The notes under the pieces were generated by a model. It was not told the DNA's origin. It searched no databases and was given only the letters and a program-made list of their open reading frames with translations. A DNA stretch of 63,476 nucleotides, the filler included, from Intoshia linei (taxonomy: Eukaryota; Animalia; Orthonectida): assembly GCA_001642005.1 (NCBI GenBank). It is 6 parts of 6 records of this genome, joined end to end, with 100 filler letters (N's around TTAATTAATTAA, not from the genome) between each part and the next. Parts side by side here need not be neighbours in the genome. Positions count along the whole stretch, not along the records: positions 16,647 to 35,143 come from LWCA01000771.1; positions 35,244 to 42,285 come from LWCA01001611.1; positions 42,386 to 57,406 come from LWCA01000933.1; 3 more parts are not named here. One strand, 5' to 3'. The translations under genes and the position numbers were made by a program. Shown here in pieces: positions 30,544-49,953 of the stretch (position 1 is its first letter; each line of letters opens with the position of its first letter).

Positions 30544-30759
30544 AAATTTTAATATTAAAAAAAGTTTATTGACTATTTAAGTTGAGTAGCCCAGTTGTTC
30601 TCAAATATAAACATTTCAGATGGAAGATGAATTAAAATTAAAAGCTATATCAACTGTAATTTTTTTTAAAATTCAGAAATTGAAAAAATAATAACATTAA
30701 AATTGCAGAGCATTGTAATAAATACAAAAATAATAATAGCAAAGTTGGATTGATTGTTG

Positions 30760-31570
30760 TAGTTTTAAACTAAAATTTCGTTAAATTTTTTAAAAATGAA
30801 TATTCGACAATAAAATTTTAGATATTTGGGTAGTAATGAAAAAAAATTAGAATAATGAATTATATAGATTTTCACCCATATTTCTTTATTGGAAATTTTT
30901 AATTTCCCGGTTCTCGACTTTTATCTTTTCCTGGGAAATCACAACCACTATAAATTGTAGGATGAATATTTACATTTTTGATTTTACAAAAAAATTGGTA
31001 AATTTTTTTATTATTAATCGAAACATTAAAAAAATATTGAGTGATAATATATTAAAAATTATTTTTCACCGGGAATGCGTATATTTCTCAGGTTTAAATG
31101 TTGTATTTATATCAAATGGAATAAGCTGTATTAGAATAATCTTTTTTGAGGTTTCCATATATGATAATGTTTATGATTTTAAAAATTATCCCAGAATTTA
31201 TGCTTTATAAAATTTTAGGACATGTTTCATTTTTATAACAGAGAAATTTGTGGTTTTGACCATGAAGGTATGCGCTTCTGAGGCTGAGATTAACGACAAG
31301 TTAATGCTTTTAAAACGCGTCCCAGGATGTATGTTTTATTAAATTTTAGGACCAATTTTTTTTAAACAAAAAGAGGAATTGTGTTTTTGACCATGAAGGA
31401 CTCAAATTCTGATACTGACATATTCTGATATAGATAAAAACACTCTCTGGAAAAAACTATGAGAAATTTTTGAAAAAATTGTATTTAGGCTTTTTTAAAT
31501 CATACAACTGACAATTTTTTAAATAAATGGTTACACACACAAACATTCATTTTTATATAAGTAAAGAATT
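30760..31570 (+). repeat. Dispersed non-autonomous repeat, possibly Helitron/Helentron-derived (copies ~38140-38960 +, ~40826-41355 -, ~57510-57910 -)
   Basis: Shared blocks atagattttcacccatatttctttatt and ttatttttcac(c)gggaatgcgt; 3' end acacaaac..tatataagtaa(a/g)ga; no TIR or TSD seen. Confidence 0.6.
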
Positions 31571-31751
31571 ATTTTGGCATGTGCTTTAAAAAATGTCAAT
31601 TTTTCGAATCGACATTGTGGACAGTACCGTATACCGTATTCGAATTTTAGACGCAGCTACAGAATTGTTGCTTTATTAAAAAATACTATTAAATTTGTTA
31701 TTATTTTATTAATAATTAATAATTTACTACAATTAAGTGTTATATGAATGT

Positions 31752-32741
31752 TTATGATCGATTTGAACAACTCTCACAACAATATTCTTTAACCAGGTCA
31801 GATGTGCAGTGGCCTCCTTCATACAGTTGTTTACAAGTTAGCTGTTCTTTTTTGTCAAAACTATATATGTACTCCAGTTTTGATTTAGAATTTTCAAAAC
31901 AACCTATAATAATAATAATTTTAATGACACTATGTAAATCTCTGCATACGTATTGAGCATTGATTGCAATAGTTCCGACATTGGTAAAACATATACGTAC
32001 CTCCATTTGTATTGGCTTTACAATGGGATTGATTCATGTGACAACTTGAAAATCTATCGAGGCAATCTGTTACAACTAAAAATAAAAATTATACAACGAT
32101 AATAATCATAAGTAGGGTTGCCAACTCTGTCCAAAGGACATAAATGACAAGTACGTTAATGCATCTACCCTAAAATTACATTTTTAGATATTATTTTAGA
32201 TAAATTTTAGCTTATGTCATATAATATTAGCTTATTACCATAATTAACTTTTTTGAAAAAAAATGGCGATATGAAAGATGGAAACAATTGGATTTATAAG
32301 TCAATCTTAAATTTTATCGATTAATATAATGTAGTAATAAATTAAAATTAAATCATGCTCAATAAATACATCCGCGGTTTTCAATTAGAATGAAAGTAAT
32401 AAGTTAACAATGCCACTTTATAAACAAATGACATAAACATAGTGTAGGATTCGAAAATAATTTTACAGGTAGTTTTAAACCGCTGATCTATTTGACATAC
32501 CAATTTGCTTCATTTTTGGAGGATTTTTGTCCTAAATAAATAAAATATACATTATAAAAAATTACCGCATTAACATGGTCGGATTCAACAAATGGTGGAA
32601 GTTCCGTGTCATTCTCTGGGATATTACTATTCGGCTGGACCAAATTGAATAGCGGATAAGCTGAAAAAAAATGTTGAAAAATTTATTAATTTTACCCATC
32701 ATTTGACTGGTTAAAAGAACAATTACAATGAAATTAAACAT
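31752..32741 (-). CDS. Small secreted Cys-rich protein: signal peptide + ShK domain + 6-Cys PLAC/ShK-like module (5 exons)
   Basis: MFNFIVIVLLTSQMMA signal peptide; exon 32075-31950 encodes DCLDRFSSCHMNQSHCKANTNGGTYMFYQCRNYCNQC (ShK Cys spacing); last exon C..LTCKQLYEGGHCTSDLVKEYCCESC. Confidence 0.8.
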
Positions 32742-33328
32742 TTTTAAATGTTTATTAAATTACTTATTATGAAAAATGGCAATAATTTTGAACTGTATAC
32801 CAATATTTTAATAACAATTAGATACTTAGCTCAAATTAATTTTTTTGACAGGTCTAGTTTACAAAATATTCTTATTATAATAACAATAATCTGGTGCATA
32901 AACGCATTTGAAATTTAATGAAAATATTTTTCCAGAGTAGTCTAAACTTGATCTAAAGTAATTTGTCTAGTATAGTATATGTACTATATGTATATTTAGG
33001 CACTCTAAGTAAACACAAAAATATTTAACAATGTTGCGATAATTATAAAAATTAAAATGGTTCAGTATTAAAAATTTTAATTATCCTTAAATTCTTTATC
33101 TTTAATCCTCATAAGGATTCCTTACTAACAGTTTGACTCTAAACTAGACTAGTTGTTACTCTAACATTATAGAATAAAGTTTTAACAGTTATGCTTTTAG
33201 TGATTATTGTCAAGAATACGAATATTCATTGTGATAGTGATACGTAAATACAATTTTTGGCAATACCGTCATTTTGCATTTGATTATATATTTTCAAACA
33301 GTTTATCTAATTCTAATTTAATTTAAAA

Positions 33329-34615
33329 ATGGCTGACTCTAAAGTAAAAATAAACTATGAGACGATTGTATGAATTATTAATTTTAGTCGCAAAATGTTG
33401 AACAAATGAAAAAATTATTTGTGCATTCTTTTCCTATAGAATCGACAGAAGAGGAATTGAAACAGTTTTTTTCTCAATATGGTGAAGTGGAAGAATTTAT
33501 TGTGATCCGAGACAAAATAACAAAAAAGTAATTTATTTTTATAACTCATGAGTCATGAGTAAGCAAATTCACATCTTTTGCATATACTGACCATGAATCT
33601 TTAACTAAGTTGAGATTATTTTATAGGTCAAAACGATTCGGTTTTTGTAAGTTTGCAAGCGTTGAGGGTATCGATAATGTACAATCGCAGAGACCTATCA
33701 ATTTTAAGGATGCTATACTTGACACGAGAAGAGCTGCTCCTAAAGGGGTATTAAGTTTTGTTGTTAATAACGTGAATTAACTTGAGTTCAGTCTTGAGAC
33801 TATTCTCAGTTAATATTACTTACGTTTTAATATTAATTTAATTTAAATAACTATTTCAGATGGAACATGATTCAATAACTAAACAAAAAATTAACAGATT
33901 ATATGTAAGTGGTATAAGAGAGGACATAGAATCTGAAGATTTAAATGCCTATTTTTCTAACCACGGTAAAATCGTTAAAATTGATGTTATGGTTTCGCAA
34001 GAAACCGGTAAGAAACGAGGTTTTGGTTTTATTGAATTTGATGATTTTGATACTGTCGATAAAATGTGCCGTACGTTAAGTTTTGTAATTTTCTTTATCG
34101 CTTTTAGTTATGAGAAGTCACATGATCAAAAATTATCGATGTGATGTTAAAAAAGCTATACCAAAGGAAAGTATGACCAAAGGACCTGGTCAAAGAAGTG
34201 ATAATGGGAATAGATCCTACAACAACAACGGTGGACGTGATAGAAGTTTTAACAATAGTGGATATGGAAATAGAGAACAATATGCTCCTAGACCTTCTTA
34301 TGACCAATACAATCAGGGTCGACAGGAATATGGTTTAAATTTAAAACGTACATATTTAATTCTTTTTAGCACCTGCTCCATATGAGCAGCAACCTGCATA
34401 TGCACCTGATGCATATAGTAACAGGTATCAATATCGTGGTCCAGCTAATCCACCACAATATGATAGTAATTTATCTTGGTTTTCTTTTCCAATTTTATTT
34501 TTAGATGATGCAAACGGTTATGACGAATATGCTCAAGGTACTGCATTTATTTCTTCGTATATAATTATTTTATATAGCACAACCACAGAGACACAATCCG
34601 TATAAACGTTACTAG
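33329..34615 (+). CDS. hnRNP A/B-type protein (two RRMs, G/N/Y-rich tail)
   Basis: RRM1 KKLFV..FFSQYGEV..RSKRFGFCKF; RRM2 RLYVSGI..KKRGFGFIEFDDFDTVDK..CDVKKA; C-terminal RHNPY (PY-NLS-like). Confidence 0.88.
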
Positions 34616-34859
34616 ATAATTGTATATTATAGTTCATGATATTAAATATTTTACAAAGTTTTATTTCCTTTTATATTTTTTTAATATTAGCGGTCTATGA
34701 GAAAATAGAGACAATTTCATTTAGAGTAAATTTTTTTTAACTATTTTGCATTCTAGAATTTTCATAACAGGCTAATATAATTTATTTTACATCATCGAAA
34801 CGTTGATGTAAAAAATAAGTTTTTGAGAATAAAATATTCGAACAGTAATTGAATTCACC

Positions 34860-35030
34860 GGGATTGGACTGTTTTTACTTTATTTTTAATATTATACACA
34901 CATTCTGTCTAATAAAATTGGACTGTTTTTACTTTATTTTTAATATTATACACACATTCTGTCTAATAAAATTAAAAAGTTTTAACTTTATTTTTAATAT
35001 TATACACACATTCTGTCTAATAAATTAAAA
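34860..35030. repeat. Tandem repeat, about 3 x 55 nt
   Basis: Unit includes actttatttttaatattatacacacattctgtctaataaa. Confidence 0.75.
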
Positions 35031-35243
35031 AAATTTAATTATTTTTAAAATTCAATACGCAAATGTTAACAAAATTAAAATGAAATAATTCACTTTAAAG
35101 TAAAAAGTTATGTGATATGACGGTTCCACCTGAAACAAATTTGNNNNNNNNNNNNNNNNNNNNNNNNNNNNNNNNNNNNNNNNNNNNTTAATTAATTAAN
35201 NNNNNNNNNNNNNNNNNNNNNNNNNNNNNNNNNNNNNNNNNNN

Positions 35244-35820
35244 AAAATATGATTGATGCTTACCCAGAGGACTTGAACATTAATTTATCTGTTGAGCAGT
35301 TTCACTCATATGTGTGCCATAAATTCAGTGTACAAGAAAATGTAAAAACAAGATTCAGTCATGCTGAACTTTATAAAATAATTGTAGAAGACAATATTGA
35401 GTGTGCATTCCCAAATGTAGAAATTGCCTTTCGAATATTTTTAACATTAATAGTTACAAATTGCTCAGCTGAGGGTTCATTTTTCCAGTTGAAGAATATT
35501 AAAAATGCCAACAGAACAACTATGCAACAAGGCAGGCTGGATGACTTATCTCTACTAAATATAGAAGCAGATATGTTACGCAAGATTAGTTTTGAGGATC
35601 TTATCAAAGACTTTGTAATTATAAAATGTAGAAGAAAATTTTTCAAATATAAATGAAGTGAAAGTATATATATTTACATAAAAATTATATTTTATCTTAC
35701 TGTAAGTTTTGTTTCATTTCAAAAAATAAAATTTTATATTTTACTTTTATTTATATATATATAGGGGGCACTAAAATCGTGTAAGTGCTTAGGGCACCTA
35801 AATGGGTTAATCCGGCCCTG
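35244..35820 (+). mobile_element. hAT transposon 3' part (dimerisation domain and right end)
   Basis: FPNVEIAFRIFLTLIVTNCSAEGSFFQLKNIKNANRTTMQQGRLDDLSLLNIE is the hAT dimerisation motif; terminal ..taatccggccctg. Confidence 0.9.
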
Positions 35821-35989
35821 TACACAAACCAATGTAAATTTATGAGTAGTTTTTGATATCTATACAAACTAATATAAATTTATGAGTGTAATTTTTGGCA
35901 TCTATACATGTAATGTGTCTTGTAAGGGTTAAATGTATTGTTAAATATTTATACTTTATGTGGTAAATGAATTTTTTTTAAATAAATAC

Positions 35990-36579
35990 CTTTCTACTAC
36001 CCGGAAAACCTTCAGATTCAGTAAGGAAATAAGAGAATGGTAAGAGGAAAAACAAATTGATTGTAGCCACCACATAACAAACATACCACAAATCTAATAA
36101 TTACATTATGTTTTATAAACTTGATACTGTTTACCTTCGATCAATTTGAAATTGATCCATCTCAATTTATCAAATTCAAAAGAAATCAATTGGAAAGAAG
36201 GAATTAAAGGTGAAAAAGTAAACAATATTACTTGGAAAACAGAAATAGTGAATGATATGTTACATATAAAATGACTAAAATACAATCAACTACGCAAAAT
36301 GTAAAATACTACCCAATATGGTTAACTATAGCTTCGATCCTGTCTAAAATAATCAATTAAATTGTAAATTAAAATACGTACCAATGTGTCTGTAGCTGTA
36401 AAAATTTAAATGTAATAATTTTGTCAGTGATATTGATATTGCTGTGTAAAGGCATAGTATTGAAATAAATATTAACTAATATGAATTTAAAATTAGAAAA
36501 TTTTAATTTATACCACATAGAATCTGGTATTATTGTAAAATATCAAATCTGGCGGTAAGGAATGATTAAGTTCGTACAT
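35990..36579 (-). CDS. Unknown hydrophobic/membrane protein (partial, about 5 exons)
   Basis: Series of GT-AG-bounded exons: MYELNHSLPPDLIFYNNTRFYV|LIFISILCLYTAISISLTKLL..|..FTISVFQVILFTFSPL..|ICGMFVMWWLQSICF..; 3' end not found. Confidence 0.45.
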
Positions 36580-36713
36580 TTACATTACTGATTATTTTTA
36601 AAGATTAAGTAGATTACAACTTTACTCTAATTATGTTAATGAACACTGTTCATTTAAACGTTTATTCTTTTCCATGACAAAAAACAAAATAATGATAAAT
36701 AAATGGCTATCTG

Positions 36714-38084
36714 GTAAAATACGTTATTTTAGTAAATTCCATACAAATTATACGTTATTTTAGTAGCTCATACTTTATTATTATTATTTTAATCTTTGTT
36801 AATTAAAATTAATCTTGCTAAATGAAATTAAAATTAAATTGTTAACTCAACAATGAGAAATTAAATTTAAATTTTACTTTTAAGTTGCTTTATAATAACT
36901 TGGTTTATGTATTGTAAGATGTATTGATAACAATCAATCATTTAAAATATTATCAATTAGTATATGTTCTAAAGAAAATTCTATTTCTGTCAATTTTATA
37001 TTAAGGAGATTGCTATTTTATATCAGATTGAATATAACCCAATTTCATATCAAATTTTTGATTTGCGACAACGCAAAGGTATTTTAAAGTGTTGTTAAGA
37101 CCGAATTTGATTGCATAACAATTATCAATTGTTGGGCATACACCAAAAGGTTATTGGATTCAAAGGCAAAATATCTCAAGGATGATAAATCTGAATTAAT
37201 AGATGATATATTGTTTTTGCAACTTGCATTTGATGAGGAGAATTTTACTATTAGAAAGAATTTATTTATTAAAAATATCAGTTATGTGATAAATATTCAA
37301 TTTTTCTGAATAAATTCATCAATGAACATATCAAAATTTTCTCAAATTGGTATGAAGGGGTATCGCCTCATATCTCTTCAACTAACAATGCATTAGAAAT
37401 TACCAATAAAACAATAAAAACAAAGTTTTTTAAGGGTAAGTGTTGTGATATTAAGCAGTTCATTAATAATATCGGGGATATTTTTAGGTATTTTCAGGAA
37501 AAAAATTTAATGATACATATATCGAATACAACAATCTTGAGTATATTGAAAAACTAATTGACATTAAAGTTCTTCCTAATGATGCAATACTGTTCAGAAA
37601 TTCATTGAAGATTGAATATCCAAAAAACATCAATTACTCATTATTTACCGATATTAATGATATGAAAAAATTCTGTAGAGATTTCTCTATTGTCATGATT
37701 AAAGATCCGGAAGTAAAAACATATAATTCAATTATTTGCTGCTGTAAAACCTTTTTGAAGGAAAAGAGGTGAAAGCACATATTTTTAACTTTGAGGCAGA
37801 GAAAAAGGCGTGATATAATAAACCTCACCGTAATTAACCAGCAAAGGCGTTGAGGACGAAAAAGAAAAAAGGGTGAAACAAACAAGGTTTCTTTTGACGA
37901 CTTTATACAGAACAAAGAAGTTTAAATAAATATTTAGTTTTTAATTTTTAAAATTCTTTTTTCACTTTTATTTCATTTTTCACTTTTATAATAAAGTACG
38001 TGAATCTTCATAAATCTTCTCAAGTACGTATTATATAAATAACGTATAATTTGTATGGAAGTTACTAAAATAACGTAAATTTAC
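36714..38084 (+). mobile_element. Decayed Mutator-like element (MULE)
   Basis: About 45-nt TIRs (tacgttattttagtaa(a/c)ttccatacaaattatacgttattt) at both ends; internal STNNALEITNKTIK motif and SWIM-like CCCKTFLKEKR*KHI; multiple stops. Confidence 0.78.
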
Positions 38085-40054
38085 TTTTTTCTCATAAATA
38101 AATCTACATACAGTAAACATTTTGATGAACATTTATGTAAAATGGCCAGATATACGTATTTTTGTACGAAATAAATTTCAAAAAAAATACGAAGTAATGA
38201 ATTGTATAGATTTTCACCCATATTTCTTTATTGACAATGTGTAGACGTTCAATGCACATTTTTATTGAAATTGTAGGATCAATATTTACATTTTCGATTT
38301 TTATTTTAATCGAAATATTTGAAATATATTGGTTGATAATATATTTAAAATTATTTTTCACGGGAATGCGTGGATTTCTGGGGTTGAAATTTTATATTTA
38401 TATCAACTGGAATAAGCTCTATCAAAATAATTTTTTTTTTTTTTTAATCTTCGGAGCGTTAATTATTTCACATTTTTAGTTTTACATATATTGTTAATAT
38501 AATATTTCGAAAAAAAATATATTAATATTAAAATGCTTTTTTGACCGTGAAGTTATCACTTATTCGAATTGAAATTTTCTGTGTGTGTTACCAGGATACA
38601 ACTGTAAACCTGTAAATTTTTTGAAATTCTAGAGCTGTTTTCATTCAAAAAAAAAGGGTAATTTGGGGTTTAGGCCCTGAAGATATAATTTTTTTAAATT
38701 TAAATTTATGGTAATGTTTATGATTTTAAAATCCGTATCAACGTATATATTTTTTTAATTTCTCCAATTCGTTTGATTTTCAAAAAGAGGGACAACTGGG
38801 GTTTTTGACCTGTAAGATGTGAAATTATGTTTGCGCACACAACCGGAAAAAACTGTAATTGAAATGTGGACTTTATAAAATTCTAAAACAGATAGTTATT
38901 GAAATAAACGGTAACACAAACACAAACAAATATTGCGTAGTATATTATATAAGTAAGGATTCTGTTTAATAATTTTAAAAAATGGATTAACATTTGTTTT
39001 TAAAATTCTTTACACAAATGTTAACAAAACCAAATTAAGATGAAATATTTCACTTTAAAGTAAAAGATGATATGACGGTTCCACGTGAAACAAGTTTGGA
39101 AACCACTCTTTTAAAGGATTGATAATAGTGAATACATGTAGTAGCATTTTTCAGTTAGATTTTCTTATTGACAAATAGTTTTGTGGGAACCTCTTGAATG
39201 CTGTTTAGGACCTATAATACCACCTAAATACTCCAAAGCGTATTGTTGCCTAATGAAACATTGGAATAAAACTATACAGTTTATGGATATATTTTTCACC
39301 AATGAGATATACGAAAGATTTCTTGCATTGATGGATAACGTTGGCCGACATGCAAAAAATTTAGAAAATAGAGTTTTGAATAAAAATAATAATAAATAAA
39401 TAATTATGTATACAAAATTCACAATTCATTGTTAATTAATTAAAATGTAACGATTTAAATGTTATTCTACATTCAAAACTATTAATTGAACCTTATTTGG
39501 CTTTCATATAATTAATTTGATGATATGAGTAAGTAATACTCTTACTATGCATATTTAAATAATAATTTGATATTTTGTGCTTTTGAATGGAATTAAAAAT
39601 TAAGATGGAATAATTCACTTTAAATTAAAAAAAACTATGATATGACGGTTCCACCTGAAACAAGTGTGGGAACTAATCCTTTAAACAATTGATAATAGTG
39701 AATACGAGGATTATTAAGTTAGATTATACATTTGAATTTATTTTTTGTAGAATAAAAATGTGCCTCGGCAGAGCTAGATGCTGTTTGCGATGAATGTCTG
39801 CAAACGTTCTAGAGGTGTTTTCGGGCAAAAAGAGAAAACAAAAATAATTAAATAATTAATTAAAGTTTTCTAATTTTACTTTTTTTGTCCATTCCCACAA
39901 TGTTTTTCAAACCCATGTTATAATTCATAGGAATATGAATTGAATATGAATATCATTGGAAAATATGAGGCTACAATATACATAAAATTTCGACGGCGAG
40001 TGTAGTGAAAATTATGTATTGACAAGTACTATATTATGCAATATATACAATAAA

Positions 40055-40825
40055 TTATAATTTACTTATTATAATACTTTCATTTGGTGTAAAAATAACA
40101 CGCATTTTATTAAATTCTTTAGTATTCATGTAAAAAACTGGAATATAAATATTATCCAATTGTTCATGGTATGGTAAATGAGGAATAATCAAAGGAAATA
40201 TATCTGCATCCTCAGTTTTGTATACATCTAAATGGTAAGTATAAATATAAGTAAAACGTGTGCAAGTTACTATATATAATGATGGCGATAACACCAAGTT
40301 TTTGTGCATTGATTGCCTAAATTTCAAAAGATTAATTAATGATTAATTTAATCAAATGTTACCTTTTCATAAAAACTACATTTTCCAATTTGGACTAGTA
40401 CTATTTTATTGAAAATATTTGGTTTATCGGTATTGCACAAAAGTTTATCTTTCATTAAATGGCCAAATCCTTTAATTTTTTCAGATTTTATAATTTTTCC
40501 AAAAAGAGCTCGATTAAGTGTTAATAAAGTATTATTAATTTTCACTAACAGCATTAAATCGTTTCGGTAATGTAAGTTGATATTATAAATTAAAATTATA
40601 ATTTCTTGGCTATTGCATTTTGTAAATTTAACTCGTTTTGTTTCAAATATTTCAAATGTATCTTCATCGTATTGTCTTACTAAAAATCCCAATTTATCCA
40701 AATTAAACGGCAATAAATGTGATTGGGCTTCATTCATGTATAATGATAGAGTTGGGTAGTTTTTCAATATTTCAGCAAATATTTTTGAAAACGATATACT
40801 AAAAAGCAAAAGAGTTAAATTTACA
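40055..40825 (-). CDS. Protease-associated (PA) domain protein, EDEM3-C-terminus-like; 5' end unresolved
   Basis: ALFG..LC..IFNKIVLVQIGKCSFYEK|AINAQKLGVIAIII..D..DNIYIPVFYM is the PA-domain pattern; two short GT-AG introns. Confidence 0.65.
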
Positions 40826-42385
40826 TTTTATAAAGTCCACATTTCAATTACAGTTTTTTCCGGGGTGTTAGTAAAATAAATTTCAACCTCCCAAACTCAC
40901 ATCTTACATGTCAAAAAGCCCAATTTCCCTTTTCTTTTAAAATCAAACGAGTTCGAGAATTTAAAAAAATATATACTCTAATACGGATTTTAAAATCATA
41001 AATATTATCATAAATTTAATTTTAAAAAAAATATATATAATCAGGGCCAAAACCACTGATTACCCTTTTTATTTTAATAAAAACAGCCCTAGAATTTAAA
41101 ACAAATTACAGATGGTACAGTTGTATCCTGTTAATACACACAAAAAAATTTCAATCTGAATAAGTGACGCCTTCACGGTCAAAAAAGCATTTTAGTTTCG
41201 TATAATTACAAAAAATATAAAATAATTAACGGTCCAAAATTAAAAAAAAAAATTATTTTGATAGAGCTTATTTAATTAATATAAATACAAAATTTCAACC
41301 CCAGAAATCCACGCATTCCCGATGAAAAGTAATTTTAAATATATTATCAACCAATAAAACAACAACGAATTACTAAAAGTTATACAACTTTGTTATTATC
41401 ATTTTTATATTTATTACAATCCTTTGTAATATTGGTAAAATTCACCTGAAATATGTTTATAAAGTGATGATTCCGTTAATTACACTAGACGACACTGAAA
41501 AATCATCCCTAACTATATTTATATCATTCCATTCATGAATGAATTTCAAAAATATTTAAAAATAAATGTAATACATGTATTAGATCTACTTAATCCATAA
41601 ATTAATAATTTGTAAATAATTAATAAAACCTTCACATTTAAATTTAATAAAGTTTAATTTGTTCATTATATTTTAAAAATATGGAAGAATGCAATAAAAT
41701 CATAAATAGAATATGTTATATATGTGAGGTAGGGTGTCACATCCAATATTCTTTTTAAAAAATTCAAAAACATACCCAGTAGATTAGATGTAATTTAAAA
41801 AAAATGACAATGCGATGACTAATTCTGAAAAATACTCATTAATGACTCAGCGTTGATCAATTAAGTAATTAACAAAAAATAACTTAATTTAAGTTTATTT
41901 TCATGTTTTTTTTAATTTTTTTTACAAAAAATGAAATTCCTGCTTTGTTTGTGAAGAAAAGTTAAAAATGTTTGTATATTTTAATAAAACGCGCATCATT
42001 TGCAAAAATCGATATGTTAAAAAACATGCCATGAATATGATTGGAGATTATTTCTGGAATATAAAAAACTTGTTAAATTCAATCTAATAAATTTTAATTC
42101 ATTATATTATTTTGCGTAAGTCAAATTATTAACTTATACGCCAAATTATTGAAAAATAAGCTAAATATTTTATTAAAACGCCAAATTCTGTCTCTAGACA
42201 CTCCAAATTAATCAATACACGCCAATAAAAAAATAAAAATCAGAAAAAGGATATTAAAAAATTAAAATGATTACTTATACTCTTTNNNNNNNNNNNNNNN
42301 NNNNNNNNNNNNNNNNNNNNNNNNNNNNNTTAATTAATTAANNNNNNNNNNNNNNNNNNNNNNNNNNNNNNNNNNNNNNNNNNNN

Positions 42386-43110
42386 GAGAATGGTATGGGA
42401 CATTGTACATCTCACATTGAAAACTTACAACCTCCTCATCATTCAAAAAATGTGCTGGTACCTAAAAATTTCGATTTTCGGACGATCACTGACAGTTATT
42501 TTGAAAGTGACGTCTCCGCCGATGAGTCATATGATGAGTCAATTATTAAAAAGCATTATTCATCCTCATCAGAAGGAGTAAATACTTCCAGAAAAATTAA
42601 ATTGTAATCACGAAAATCGGTTGGTGTTATCGCTGAATTAAGAAATGAAACGCCAAGTCATGTTTCAATCTGGAAAGCGGGTGGATGGAATGGAAATGCA
42701 AGTAGTATGCTTTGAATCCGAAAACATGAAAACAGGATTAGCAATTGGAGTTGTATATCTACCAAACGGTAAAGCAGAAACTATTTATTTAGCTATAAAA
42801 AAATAATTGAAAGATATTCCATTCAAGATAATATTAAAATTGTAATATCTGACACATATTCTGTAAATACGGGGTAATGAGATAATTTGAAAATTACAAA
42901 AAAATGTTATTGGAAGTATTCCATATTTTGGATGTCAGCGACACATACTAGATCGATTATTACGGCTATACATGGATGCGAAATTAGGAAGCATGGACAA
43001 ATCTCCGAACATCGGTTATGAATTCATAAGTAAACATTTATATTTAATCTTTTAAAAACAAACTTATAGATGAATTCATTCAAATTATGATGAATTAACC
43101 AAATCATATT
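42386..43110 (+). pseudogene. Degenerate hAT-like transposase
   Basis: LPNGKAETIYLAIK..IVISDTYSVNTG*, YFGCQRHILDRLLR, KSPNIGYEF; frameshifts and stops; 40-nt GT-AG intron at 43030-43069. Confidence 0.6.
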
Positions 43111-43729
43111 CATCATACACACGGTGTATTTATATTTCTTTCACAATGTATAGAATAGTCAATGGAAGCATTTTTTACTGGCCGGTAAAAATTTAATTTA
43201 TAATAGAAAGGTTGGCACCATTTTACATTAATCGAACAACCCTGAATACGTTGATACGTTATCTTATAACAAGGTCATATACCGTACTGAACAAATTTCC
43301 ATATTTTTGGTTATTAGGACAATTATTCTCATATATAATTATAATAAAACAGTAAATTTTATATGGGTGTTTATTTAGTTACATTTTACTATTCTATCCC
43401 AGCCTAGAGCCAACAGGTTGATAAACGCTGATGATAAAATGCTATCTGGAATAAGTTATATGCACAGTATATTGGACTATGTTTTATACAGATTGACAAA
43501 CATATCGATGCATCATACACGTGAAATCACGTCATCCGAAATAAAATTTAGTTCCCATCCTTGTACCGTATAAGTTTTACGTTTCATTCACACTTACATT
43601 TATAAGTTACAACACAATAACAGTAATTTACATTTACCGTCTATGTAACTAACGGAATTTTCGCATTCATTACTATGGAATGTACCACTTATGCTCGATG
43701 TTTGAATTGATAATTGATAAACTTTCGAT

Positions 43730-49927
<6,198 letters not shown>

Positions 49928-49953
49928 ATCTGTATACAATATAACTAAATACA

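Noticed and set aside
33540-33600. Possible C/D snoRNA in an hnRNP intron (tcatg...ctga ccatga)
   Set aside because: No canonical box C and no convincing rRNA-complementary guide.
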